NCBI GenBank assembly: GCA_002633005.1
Contig: NMRA01000234.1
Location: forward strand, 62,001-126,000
Direction: 5' to 3'
DNA length: 64,000 bases
DNA from: Phoronis australis
Lineage: Eukaryota; Animalia; Phoronida
Position numbers and translations under genes: made by a program. Every line of letters begins with the position of its first letter. The stretch's first letter is position 1. The notes beneath the pieces were generated by a model, which saw nothing but the letters and a program-made list of their open reading frames with translations, was not told the DNA's origin and did no database searches. Positions 49,101 to 62,551 of the stretch are shown here, one piece after another.

Positions 49101-51500
49101 AAATGCTTTCAATAAAGTGACCAAATTTCTTTTGATATACGTGTTTGAGAAACGCAGTCCGGCATTTTCAATATTCTTTTCCTTGTTTTGTTTTGCGAAT
49201 TTTGTGTTTTTTTATGTAAGTCCTGGAAACATCAATTTTTGACAGCCTTTCATGTCAAAGTGGAACACTTGAAGATCATTTCCAAACAGAGTTTTGGAGA
49301 ATAATCCATAAAGTATATTATGCGAAAGTTTCATTTCAGTCTCACCAGCCGTCTTCGACATCGTGTCCTAAAATTAGATATTTGTCTGGGTTCTCACGCA
49401 GTATTTCTAGCTGTGTGACATAAAGGTGTTTAGGTCGCACACATTTAGTATTGAAGTTTAAGCATAATACTGCTCATAAAACTGTTCTCGTCTCGAACTA
49501 TCAACTTGTGTCGCATGTGTCAACTCGTAAACTTTTACATTTTCCGAAACTTGTACTTGAGCCATAATATCTATGATAAATGCAACAGTATACCCGGGCG
49601 CCTTTTGTGTATTTTACCTTTGATGGTGGTGTTGTTGTTGTTGTTGTTGTTGTGCTGCACCGTCCTGATGTCAGCTGTCCTAAAAATAATCCAATCAGGC
49701 CCTCACCTTTATAGGAGAAAGGTGCCTGTACTTTCTAATTGGATGATTCAAGTGATGCACCAAAACTGAGGGCTTGAGGGCCCTTTCATTCAACATCAAC
49801 ATGGTGCCAGTTCAATTAGGAATCAATTCATTTTTTTACTTAAATCTTTATAACACTTAAAAACAACTGTTGCACAATTAGTGACCGGTATGACACGACT
49901 AGTATGACACGACTGGTATGACATGACTGGTATGACACGACTGGTATGACACGACTGGTGTGACACGACTGATACATGACAATTAGGCCTATGATACGGG
50001 AAACAATCTGTACATTTTGAGACCTGACATAAACACATTTTACTGTAATGTGGGTCTTCTTACAGCTTTGCATCTTGTAAAAGTGCGTGGCGAAGCAATG
50101 CAGGCTGCCTCAGAGGCGACCCCTAGCGGCATGGTGTCAGTCTTCACAGGTCATCAAAGTCAGCTAGGTCTAGCCTGTCAAATGGCCAAACAGTACTGTC
50201 AGAAGAAACTGGGCATCACTGAGCCTGTGTGTGAAGTGGCCAACTACCTGTATCCAGAGTGCACGGTCATCGCAGGGAATGATGAGGTAATTATCTTGTC
50301 CGCTCGGATTGGTATCTCAAGAAATGTAAGCACTCTTCCAAAAATGACTTATTAATGTTTAAGTTTTGTTTGGCCGTCTTCGTGCACCAAATCTTAGGAC
50401 TGAGCTGAGAGCAGCAGACATGCACACAAATGACGAATTCTTTTCATGTTTGTCAAATTATCAAATATCTGTCCAAATCCAAAAGCTTTTTTGCTTTGAC
50501 AAATAAATTACCGTATTCGTTTGGATAAAAGGGACATTATCGTTTTTGTGGGCCAGGTCGGGATTATTGTTGGATGGGATTGATTTTTTTAAGTTGTTAG
50601 CTTTGATCAGAGCTCTTATCCAATAATATCTGTTTTTGTGATTTTTTTTTGTACAAACTGCTAATTATCACTGATGTCTGATATCAAGGAAGGTGAATAT
50701 ACCAGACAAATACGCTTAAAACACTCTGCCAATCATTGAGACTTGAGAGGTTTTAGCTCCATCAGCAGCGGGATTTTCTGCGACCGTGAAGCGTACGGAT
50801 TCGAATCCTCAGAAAATCACTTTTCTTGCTAATAATGTAACTGTAATACCCTGGCCATTGAAACTGAAATCTCATAAATCATTGAATGGTGTTGAGCAAA
50901 CCGTGGGCTGGGCATTTAGCTGATGAGTGGGGTATTTATTTGAAGTAGTAATGTGGTTGACAGCAATGTGTGTTGAAAAACTGAAGCCGGAGTGGTCAGC
51001 CTGTGAGAATTTTTTTCGTTACTTAAAAATATAGGCAGACCTTTGGAAAAGGGGAGTTTGGACATCACTCCTAACTTTGTATTGTTTACTGCTTTCCCTT
51101 GTAGGCTCTTCATTTTCTGGAACAGAATGCCAAGGAGTTTGGGTTAAGACGGATGAAGCGTCTTGCAGTTAGTGGTGCTTTTCATACAAAACTGATGATT
51201 CCAGCCAGAGACTTGCTCACTAAGGCTATTAAGCAGACTGAAGTCAGTGCACCGTTAATTCCCGTCTACTCCAACATGTCGAGCCACTGGTACAGAAACA
51301 CCAGTGGGATCATTAAGATGTTACCTCAACAGGTGTGCAAACCTGTCAAATGGGAACAGATCATGCATGTGGTGTACTCGAGAAAACGGGGAGAGAATTT
51401 CCCAGTGACATACGAGGTCGGACCAGGGAGACAGTTAGGCACAATATTGCAGAAGGTTAACCAAAAGGCTTACAAGAGTTATCACAATGTGGAAGTGTGA
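46141..51500 (+). CDS. MCAT: Malonyl-CoA:acyl carrier protein transacylase, mitochondrial (complete, 4 coding exons, about 418 aa)
   Basis: Exons 46141-46692, 48413-48500, 50066-50286, 51105-51500. Motifs LFPGQGSQFVGMG, TVYCQPAV, GFSVGE (catalytic Ser), RGEAMQ, VANYL, LAVSGAFHT, PVKWEQ, EVGPG; Arg/Leu/Ser-rich N-terminal presequence. Confidence 0.96.
46715..47200. repeat. Compound minisatellite built on CATGTGATGCCTTCATTGCT (20-bp and ~41-bp units)
   Basis: Tandem, variable units start just after the donor of the first MCAT coding exon. Confidence 0.85.
47712..48184. other. Assembly gap (N run)
   Basis: Run of N inside a MCAT intron; no coding exon appears to be missing because phases and motifs are continuous across it. 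Confidence 0.99.
49885..49980. repeat. 14-bp minisatellite (CTGGTATGACACGA), about 7 copies
   Basis: Tandem units are visible. Confidence 0.9.
50748..50811 (+). mobile_element. Possible degenerate tRNA-derived SINE head
   Basis: A-box-like TTAGCTCCATCAG and B-box-like GGATTCGAATCC at tRNA-like spacing; no cloverleaf. Confidence 0.3.
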
Positions 51501-54500
51501 CGTATAGTGCTGTAGGAGGGAATCAGCAGTGTTCACTACGATGATCTGTGAAACACTGTTGTAAGTATTGAGGGTTACACAGTGCAGATAAACATCAATC
51601 TGCAAGCTTACAGGAATACTACTGCAGAACATATTCATCCCCGTGTAATGTGCACTCGTTCGACTAAGTATGCGAGCACTTAAAGTTAGAAGTGTGGGCT
51701 ATTTTGTGGCCCTTGTCATGTGTATAAACTGGTCTGTCCATGTCTTTCCTGTTAGTAATCATATGGTTATCTTCACTAATTTTGTTAATTGTGACTTAGG
51801 TCAATGCCATGTTTGAGAGAGATTCACAATAGTGTAGATCCCTTTATTTAAGACCTAAAGCCATGTTCTGGAGTAAAAAATGACTTGACGTACATATAAC
51901 CCAATAGTACCATGTTCTTGTCCTTTATTTGATTTGAAATTGGCAAAAAATCCTTGAAATTCCTGGCCAATGGCCCTACTGCTTCAGTGGCTGAAACTGA
52001 ACAGTAGTGATGACCATGACGAGCCACCATATCAAGTCTGGTCTGAAGAAATGTTGTTCTCAGGTCCTGAAATAATTTCTAACTTAGGAACAAGGGGATA
52101 CCGATTTTATGGTGAGAGGCCTAAATGAACTTGTTTTGGCAGAGGGCACTAGTTCACTGCACTTAAAAAAGCTTAGGATTTTTCAGTTGCATGTACAACT
52201 CTTTAAAATGCAAGTCTTCATTAAAAGCACACGCAACCCGATTTAACTTTGGTTTTTTACAGTTTTAATCATTCTGTGTCTATACATCACCTCTTGCTTT
52301 GTCCATTACACCAGGCTGAGAGGTGCGATGGATTTGCCTCTCTGAAACATGAAAAATCATTAAATTTAAGTGAGTGAAGCCAAATATACAATTGCGCAAT
52401 TAGAACTCTGTAATTACCCACGCCAAGTAAAGACGAACCTTTTTACAACAATTTGAAACTTAATAGCCTCGATATGAGCCTTTTAAAAACTGCGTATTGA
52501 GAAGAATGAGTCTGAGTGTGCAAATGAACAGTTAGAATTTACACAAACAACAGAGACTGGAAACGGTTGAGTATTGTTGTTTATTTTGCAATATTCACTC
52601 TAACTAATATTTCCATATATGACTAGAACCAAAGGATGAAAACATTCTTTAACATAGTGTGGTCTAAATATGATTTTGCTTGTAATTAAATAAACCTAAA
52701 ATTGGTCAAAGCCCATTCACAGAAGTTCTCGGAAATAGTATTAGTATCTAAGCACCTTACATTTGGCGACTTTATCCACTTCTCGATTTAGGTGAAACCA
52801 CATGAACAGAAATTAAAAACTAACAGATCCCAAAACACCATAAATACATCACCAGTTCATTTGAACTGTTCATGCCATTTACCAAAACATCAAATACATC
52901 ATCAGTTCAGTTGAACTGTACGTGTCACTAAGTACCTGTATTGCCCTCTTATACACTATAAATTTAAAACCATGGAACATGCATAAATAACCCAGGTAAC
53001 CTTGTCTCAAATACCCACTGCAAACAAGTTCAAGCGCTATCATAGTCACTCAGCTAACAGTATCAAATATAATAGCTGTTTCTATAACAGGATTTGAACA
53101 AAACTAGATTAACCATGATTCTGCTAATTCAACAACTATAACATACAAATAAATACATTAACCAACAGAATGATAAATTTATCCATATAATAACAGGTCT
53201 TTATCAGTCCATGCACTTCAATTTACATATTTTAAATATGTCGTCAATCGACATGCATATACAATGCTAAACAATAATTAGTAATTACGCAAGTCTTCAT
53301 GAACTAACATCAACAGGTATATCAATTAATGGCACTTGGTCAATCATTGCTTAATAATTAGTGATTATTTGGGTTGACTTAAGCCTGGTTTAGGTAATGT
53401 CGCTGTCTCGGGTTGTCGCAGACGTAGCTGGGAACCAAATCTCAGCTGTGGCACGTGGTTGCATCTTTACACAACATCTCGAGTTACTACTCTAGCACAC
53501 AGTTGACTTGTTTATTATAAATGTGCAAAGGTCTATGATTCAAACAACATACAGACCAGGCTTTGGGTTATGCAGACATGCAACGCTAGCCTCAGTTGTG
53601 TTCCTTTAGGCTAGTTTCATTTGAGTTTGAAATCACGCGAGACAACACCGTGAGTTGCATGTGAACTACATTTTCGCACTTGCTTCTATCTTGGCCTCTG
53701 ATGGAAGTGGATATCTCACATGTTACAAGTAAATTCTACTCCACGTCATCTTGCAACTACCGAGTGGACTAAAACGTTTCAAAGTTTAATCAAGAGAAGA
53801 GTCAGAGAAACTCTGCATTAGGTGAACAAAACACAAATACCACACATGAACCGAGATATGAAAAAATGGAGTTTTCCCCTGCAGTGTGAGCCAAATTTGC
53901 AGATTTCAAAGAAGATAATCTATCCTTGGATGTCCATCAATGATCATGTCCGGGTCATGGTGTTGTATGTGTGTTTAGAAATGCTAGCTCACAATAACAA
54001 AAAACGAAAAAGGATTCCGCCCATACATGAACCAAAACAAGGGTTTTCATAACAAATGCTCCGTGTGCCTCAGAAGTCATATTACTTACAAAACTGAATA
54101 CATTTCGATATACAACATCTTGTCTGACTCATCTTCCTCGTGCACATAACATACCACCGTCTGCGTAAATTCAAAAAGTAATTTAAAAACCCAGAGGACA
54201 TTACATGGAGAACACCATGAACATGGGCAGTCGAAATGTGAGAGTGGCCCCCTCCTAAAACGGAGACGGCTTTGCCAAGAAAATGCACAACCGGTTCTGG
54301 TATGTGCCCGATTAATCTTGAAACCAGCACCTTACTGTTAAAAACAACCATAAACCGGAGTTCCGTCAGAGAAACTCATTTTGATCAAGATCACTTGCCA
54401 CTATAAAAGTGGTCTTAACGTGTTCCTTATTCCGATAAAAAGTGATTTTTGAACTTGCAAAGAGCTCACAGTTAGCTATTCCTTGCGACCTGAGGACTAT

Positions 54501-55621
54501 TTCAAAAAAGATTTAAAATCTAAGTCAGAAATTTGATATTATGCTCCACACAACCATTACTGAAATCTCACTTGTGCAAAAGTACAAAGTCTCTGAGAAC
54601 ATACACACAACTGCTAGTTTCTGAGAAAAGTTTTAATAAATTATTTCTAGACTGAGATGTGCTCATAATTACATATCTAATCTTTCTTGTTAAGCGGGAC
54701 AGGAAGATGAAATTTCTGTTTTAAGACTTAAATCACATGTTGAAACATCCCCAGAAATAAGAAATACAAAATTAACGAGCCAAGTTGTATACTCTTGCCT
54801 CGAGCAATAGCAACCTGTTCTTTTCAAGCCTAGAAATCACGCATATTTTGACTTGGAACAATTCAAGATGAATTTCGTAACAGCAAGTGGTCTAAATCAA
54901 AAATTTGTGATGGAAGGCGGGCTTATAGTCATTTTAGAGAAAAAAGGAGGATCTTGACCCATTTCAGCTGACATCATGCAACATCGGGAAATGAATAACA
55001 GTCCCAACCTACTTCAGCTGGGTAAAGGTTTAATACTATTCTTTTTGAAAATATAGAAAACTAAAACAAATATTGGATATCAGTATACTTTTCACAAAAC
55101 TACAGGCCATTTTTGGCCTTAGCCGCTTCTCTGGTGCTAACAACACAAGGAGAGAATTTACATTAAAATGGCTATAAACGCATTTTCCATCAAAAAAGTA
55201 ATTTATGATTTATACCACTTACTACTATAAAACTGATCCTACTTAATGAGATGTAGCTGCTTTAGGCAATACGTGTCCCAACATTCATCATCTTCAGGCA
55301 ACACCATGTTCCCCTCATATTTCCTACATCAATTCAGAACCTCTTAAGATGCTGAAGTTTTATCTTCATTTTCGTGAAACCTTGCACAGAACGGTTGTTG
55401 TCAGTGAATCTCAGTTTTAGCATTCACAAAGGCAGCTACATGTACAGTTCAGTGGTACGTAAGATGCAGCTGATACAAATATTGTAGACAAATATAGCAT
55501 AGATAAGCAACTTGACTCATATTACCAATTTCAAATCCCGGAAGTAATAACACTTAAAACTAAAATCTTCAATGCATATGCAAGCCTAACTTAGAAGGTA
55601 ACTGTGCAACTTGTCAATGCT

Positions 55622-58600
55622 TTATGCTAGAAGACCAAGTCTTGACACCTTAGCTGAGAGAAAGGTGTGAAGTATGAAGACAACTGGTTTGGGGCAGGCA
55701 TGCAAATCCAACTCCTGAAAAGAAGAAAATCAAGTTTACTAATTATTTAAAAGAATTGACAACAGGAGGAGCCACATCTAAGTTGAGCATTGAAAGATCT
55801 TCAAATTATCATAAATTTTTAAAATAATCTTAACATAAACTTACACTCGTTATACACAACTTTCAGCATAAAATGGAACATTATTTTCACAGAGAAAGAG
55901 TAGATTGAATCAATACAACCTGACGAAACATGGAATTGAAAAAAAAATGTACGAACAATTTGTAAATTAAAATTTAGATAAGCCATACATCACTCATTTG
56001 TTTACGCATTTTTGCTGAACTAACCTTTGCTGCAAAAGACAAAAACGTGGATAAACAAGCGAAATGCTATTTCAAAAAGGAGCTTATCATAGCCGAAAAC
56101 AAAATGGCTGCATGTTCCTGGATTCCTCCTTCTCACGTTACCTGTTCCCCATCAGCACCAAAGTCCAGCCACAGTAACCGGTGTCCATCATCGGCGGACA
56201 TACGCAGCTTCTCAAATGGAAACTGCCAGAGTACTTTAGGTGGCCCATCACCATCTGCCACTTTCTCAGCGAGTGTAAACCCGTTCTCATAGTTCAGTGT
56301 TAGTTTCACATCTGTACTATGCCATGTTGCAGCTGTGAACACGAAATAGTGAAAGGAGGACTATTTTCTTCACAAGACACTACGACAAAGTTATTCAAAA
56401 GAAAGTCAAGAAAGTTTTTTCACAAAAAATGTTGACTTTCCTCAAGCTAAGTGCAAAACCATGAAGGAAACTGTATGAAAAATAATAGTAATCCTGTCAA
56501 ACCAGGATGAAAATTTTTGCTCTGGAATCACCAATTTTCATGAATTACGTAAGAGATAGAATTCGTTTCATAAGCAAAGATTTCTTGACACAAGTGCATG
56601 ACTTAAGTCTTAGGTCTATGGAGTACAGTTCAAGCTCTAGTAAATATTGGCGCCAATCAACTGTGAGCCAATCATGGTAACATTTCACAGCAACAAATTT
56701 ACAGCTGTAACATTCTGACCCACTGTGAACATGTGATGGCAATCTATTTCTACCATTAGTCATCAGGCTTAGATGTTTAGCCAGCTCTATGACAATCACC
56801 ATTCAGATGGTTCTCAACACACAAAGCACAAGTTAGAGTAAATGATCTTTTTATAGAGGAAAGTACTCTGCTCTGAAGTCATCTTTTTTGAGATTAAGTT
56901 TTGCTATGCAATAAAATAATCTCAGAGTGACACAAAATAAACAGTAATTTTAGACAACAGATTTTGATAAAGAAATTTCTTATTTAACAGCAAAAAGAAA
57001 ACAAAAATCAGTTTCTAACGCACGATTGGTGCACAATGCACCATAATTCATGATTCCTATTTTAAATATACGAGTTCAAGGAATACAGCTTGTGTTCACG
57101 GAATACAGCTTGTGTTCATAAAAAGTGAAAGATGTTACATGAGTATGCTCATGAGGGCATAAGATAAAAGAGAGGTACTAATCTACTAACCTGTGTGCAC
57201 CTCTTTGACGGAGCTGGCCGCATTGTGAGCACCATTCACAAGGACATGTGACCATGTAGAGAGATCACGTTGAGTTTCTACACGGAACACATGAGCCTCA
57301 ACACCCTGGCGAGAACCAGTGCGTGTACCGAAGGTCAGGACCTCCACCATCTCGCTACTGGCCTTGTTTTGGTTTGTCTCTACTTTTGTGAAAGAAAATC
57401 TGAAATGTTTTTATGTATATGGTTTCACATTACATAGATAGACTGGGTAGTCTACTTTTTGAAAGACAAAATTCTGACAAAATGGATATTCACAAAGACA
57501 AAAGCACCTATTTGAGTTTTGGTGTGGTTGGTAAACTGAGCATGGGTGCTTAAAAGTGAAAATTTGGAACTTTTGAGGGTGAATAGTAAGCTAAGTATAG
57601 GCGATAACCTGGACAGGTGAGGTGCAACACCAAATCATTTTATAGCTACTATAAACCAGCCCTTTTTAAAGAAACTGTAATTTGACCATTCACAGTTATA
57701 AAGCAAGTCTCGACTCCTTGCGATAACAAAATATTTTTGTGCTTGGGAAGAGCGAACAGTTCTTTATTAAGGACTTGCCTGGTGCATAAAAGGGCCTCAC
57801 CGAGTCAGGTCTCAAGTAACAACGAACAGTTCATCCCAAGTTCTGAGATCCAATTCTAATTTGAGAAAGGAGCAGAGACCAGTTTTATTCATAGACAGAA
57901 AGGGCTTCATAGCAGCTATAAAACAAGTGTCTTCCAATAGACAAAAATGAAAATCACAACTGATGCATTATGTTAAACCTGTAAATGCCTGTCCTTACTA
58001 GGCTTTTAGTAGTGATTGTGTGAAACCCCGAAGTCAAACAAACAGTCACATACCTTGTAGCAAGTAGTGGGTGGGACTGAAAGGGCGTGGTCCACTCCTC
58101 CTTTGTAGATGGCACACATTCAAACAGTAATATGTCTTTGCCTGTTACAACGGTGAACACAGGTTTCCAGGTGGGATTACCTTCTTCATTGTGCACCTGT
58201 AAGACAACATACCAACCATGACTGATGACAAAGTGTACGAGTGACAGCGTATGAAAAAGACAGCGAAGAATGAAATTTACCTCAAAGTTGTGATATAAGC
58301 ATGAAAATTATGAGACTAAAATGTGATAGAACAGTACCCCCATGGATGTTCACAACACAAGGATATCCGCAACACAATGATATCTGCAAAACAAGCCTTT
58401 TGTCTTGGCACCATATCAGCAAGGAGTGACTGCATGATATAAATAATGTCTCAAAACAAAAAAACAGACTTAGACTGTAAGTTTTGCAGGATACTCGGCA
58501 CAGTGTTGGCTTTAATCAAATGTTTAGTACCGAGTCACCAAACATAAAAGGCTATCTAACAGTAACTTCACCAACTGTTTGGGAAAGGGAACACCTTAGC

Positions 58601-61600
58601 CTGCAATTGTCTTAGACTGTACTTTTAACCACATACATGTCATTACTATGCCATCCGAACTCCTAGTAATAGTTTTGTCACTACTCTTACGTAGCCAAGG
58701 AATCAGTTGCAACTTTGGACGGAATGAATTGAGACCAGACCTAAGCTGCATGAAACGCTGGACAGAAGCCCTCTGCAGTGTTACGTTCTCCACCTAGGGA
58801 TCGATTCACTGACAAAGCTCTTCACTGCAATAGGGCTGACTATGGTGTTAGAATACAACAGAATAAGTATATTTCTATATTGAAAATTAACATGCTAATG
58901 AAAAAATGCATTGCTGATATGCTTCCATTGAAACTTTTAGCCGACAATTTACACTCTTTAATTTTTCGTCGCACGAAATACTATATGCAAATAACAAAGC
59001 TACACAGCAATCGAAGCACTTCTTTGTAACATACTGTTGCTCATGGTCTTACGAAGCACTACATAGCACTTAGTCTCCATCTAAAATTTTCCTCTCAGTT
59101 TTATCACAATAAGTGAGCACGATTCTATCTGGTGTTTTTTGACATTGAAAATCCAAATACGCAAGAAAATTGAGATGCAATCGAAACATGAAGATCGGTT
59201 TAAGGAAATAAACTCTACGCAGAACCTGCTGTACAGAGCACAGTCATTCTACATTTTAAGTCTGCCTCAGTTACTCAGCCCGTTTCACGACCTCTTGTAC
59301 TTCATCAATAGATTCGTAAAATTCTTGCTGCCTTTTCTTTGGTACCCATTGATGAACAGATGGTTTAAGTAACTCCTTGAGCCACGGTGAAGAATTAATT
59401 AGTTTGCGAGTTGTGATGCTGGACAAAAGAGCACAGGAACACTTAACAACGGACTAGATATCGGAACTGACCTCGATTTAAAAACCGCTATCGTCTGGAG
59501 TTCCAACCAAATGGGAGGTTTATGTAATGTATGTACACATTCAATGCGGCCACCAATCATGTACTTAGTCATCACAGAGATTGTTCCCATACAATGGCCT
59601 CAGTGTTCATGTAACAGTAAAACATTAGAGGAAGAGGAGACACGGAAAAGTTGAGCAGCTTGACAACCTTCTGTCGTAGTCTCATAAAAGAATGACATTA
59701 ACGAATGGGAAGACTTAAAACACACAGTTCTCTAGAGAATATGTCATTAATCAAGTCTAGTATACAGATGCCATTTATTGTATGATCATCTAACTTGAAA
59801 CTATCCAATTACAGATAAACTAAATAAGGCAATCCCATGAGTGAGGTGATATCTATAACACTAAACAGAGTGAGCTTATCCAACATGTAAACTCAATCAG
59901 TTGAAGTGCTCTCATCACACCATTACCAGAGACAGTCCTCAAGATTACTGCCAGGAAGTCCAAAGTATAGTACAAAGTAACACAAGACTACAGTCACACA
60001 GTCCATGGTAGAGGACACAGTAACACAAGACTACTGTCTGATAGTTCATGGTACAGTACAAGACAACACAAAGACTACAGTCTGACTGTCCATGGTAGAA
60101 GACAGAGTAACACAAGACTACTGTCAAACAGTCTGTGGTAGATGATAGGGTAACACCAGACTACAGTCAGACAGTCCATGGTAGTAGAAGACAGAGTAAC
60201 ACGAGACGACTATCGGACAGTCCGTGGTAGAGGGCACGGTAACACAAGACTAATACCAGACAATCCATGTTAGACGACAGGGCAACACAAGACTACAGTC
60301 AAACAGTCCATGGTAGATGACCGTATAACACAAGACCACTGCCAGACAGTCCATGGTAGAAGACAGGGTAGCACAAGACTAGTCAGACAGTCCACGATAG
60401 AGGACAGGGTAACACAATACTACTGTCAGACAGTCCATGGTAGAGGATAGAGTAACACAAGACTACTGTCAGATTGTCCATGGTAGTGGACAGGGAAACA
60501 CAAGACAACAGTCAGACAGTCCATGGTGGAGGACACAGTGCCACAAGACAACTGTCAACTGTCTATGGTAGAGGACACTATAACACTAGGCTACTGTCAG
60601 ACAGTCCATGGTAGACTACAGGATAACACATGACAATTGTCAATAGTCCATGGCAGAGAACAGGCCAACACAAGGCTACTGTCAGGCAGTCCATGGTAGA
60701 CTACATGATAACACATGACAATTGTCAACAGTCCGTGGCAGAGAACAGACCAACACAAGGCTACTGTCAGGCAGTTCATGGTAGACTACAGGATAACACA
60801 TGACAATTGTCAACAGTCCGTGGCAGAGAACAGACCAACACAAGGCTACTGTCAGGCAGTTCATGGTAGACTACAGGATAACACATGACAATTGTCAATA
60901 GTCCATGGCAGAGAACAGACCAACACAAGACTACAGTTAGACAGTCCATGGTAGACTACAGGATAACACATGACAATTGCCAACAGTCCATGGCAGAGAA
61001 CAGGCCAACACAAGGCTACTGTCAGGCAGTTCATGGTAGACTACAGGATAACACATGACAATTGTCAATAGTCCATGGCAGAGAACAGACCAACACAAGA
61101 CTACAGTTAGACAGTCCATGGTAGACTACAGGATAACACATGACAATTGCCAACAGTCCATGGCAGAGAACAGGCCAACACAAGGCTACTGTCAGGCAGT
61201 TCATGATAGACTACAGGATAACACATGACAGACCAACACAAGGCTACAGTTAGACAGTCCATGGTAGACTACAGGATAACATATGACAATTGTCAACAGT
61301 CCATGGCAGAGAACAGGCCAACACAAGGCTACTGTCAGGCAGTCCATGATAGACTACAGGATAACACATGACAATTGTCAACAGTCAATGGCAGAGAACA
61401 GGCCAACACAAGGCTACTGTCAGGCAGTCCATGATAGACTACAGGATAACACATGACAATTGTCAACAGTCAATGGCAGAGAACAGGCCAACACAAGGCT
61501 ACTGTCAGGCAGTTCATGATAGACTACAGGATAACACATGACAGACCAACACAAGGCTACAGTTAGACAGTCCATGGTAGACTACAGGATAACATATGAC

Positions 61601-62551
61601 AATTGTCAACAGTCCATGGCAGAGAACAGGCCAACACAAGGCTACAGTCAGACAGTTCATGGTAGACTACAGGATAACACATGACAATTCTCAACAGTCC
61701 ATGGCAGAGAACAGGCCAACACAAGGCTATAATCAGGCAGTCCATGATAGACAACAGGATAACATATGACAATTGCCAACAGTCCATGGCAGAGAACAGG
61801 CCAACACAAGGCTACTTTGAGGCAGTCCCTGCAACTCCCATGCTACTTTTGTATCCGTAACAATAAGGTTATGCAAAAAGAGGCTCCCTGTATTTAAGGG
61901 TCATATTCTGGGTGCTTTCCATGAAGCTCATTTCTTGCCAGTTTAGCAAGATCACACAAGATCTTCTTAGTGTTTCACAAGAAAGTTTACAACCCTACTA
62001 CTGTAAATTAACACTGCGAAAACGCTGGGACATTTATGACAAAATGTTGAAATATGGTAAAAATACATATTTCCATAATGCAAGCTGATTTTTTCAATGC
62101 AATTAACTCCCCAAATAGGGCCTGAATTTGTGACAAATATTGTCTGCATTTACCTGTTCTGCCAACCATCCCATGTGATTTATTTCTTGTCCACCAGGGG
62201 ATGCCACTAGTAGACTGTTGGCTTCACTTATTGCATACGATAACAAAAGGTTGACATTTGAGTGTACTGAGTTGAACCAGGCAGTGGCTTGCGACTCGTC
62301 AGCACATCTTAAAATGCAGGAGTTCTTAGCATCAGGAGAGTGCAGTTCAAAAGTCCTTTTCTCTGGATCAGGCATTGTCAGGTTACGACACAGATAGCAC
62401 ATGCGAAGCGGAAGTGACCTCTGTTCAGTCCAGTTTCTGTTTTCGTCCGTTCCTGAATGGCCATTTTGATGAATCTTCTGTTGGCCCCATCCCAGCTCAC
62501 TCAGATTGGACGCCTTTCTGAAATAGGGCGTCACTTCGCGTAGATATTTCA
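55622..62551 (-). CDS. SNTB1: Syntrophin, beta/alpha type (3' part: PH1b, PH2 and SU domain; PDZ exons lie beyond the window)
   Basis: Exons 62551-62154 ([11 protein letters not shown]...ELHSPD...GWLAEQ), 58196-58054 (HPLLATR), 57399-57191 ([18 protein letters not shown]; acceptor uncertain), 56332-56142 ([13 protein letters not shown]), 55714-55622 ([30 protein letters not shown]). The symbol denotes the subfamily; strict orthology to beta-1 is not shown. Confidence 0.9.
59955..61830. repeat. Satellite array of about 1.9 kb: diverged ~42-bp monomers (59955-60600) grading into an 85-bp dimeric repeat (60600-61830)
   Basis: Monomer CAGTCCATGGTAGAGGACAGAGTAACACAAGACTACTGTCAGA; dimer CAGTCCATGGTAGACTACAGGATAACACATGACAATTGTCAA + CAGTCCATGGCAGAGAACAGGCCAACACAAGGCTACTGTCAGG. 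Confidence 0.95.
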
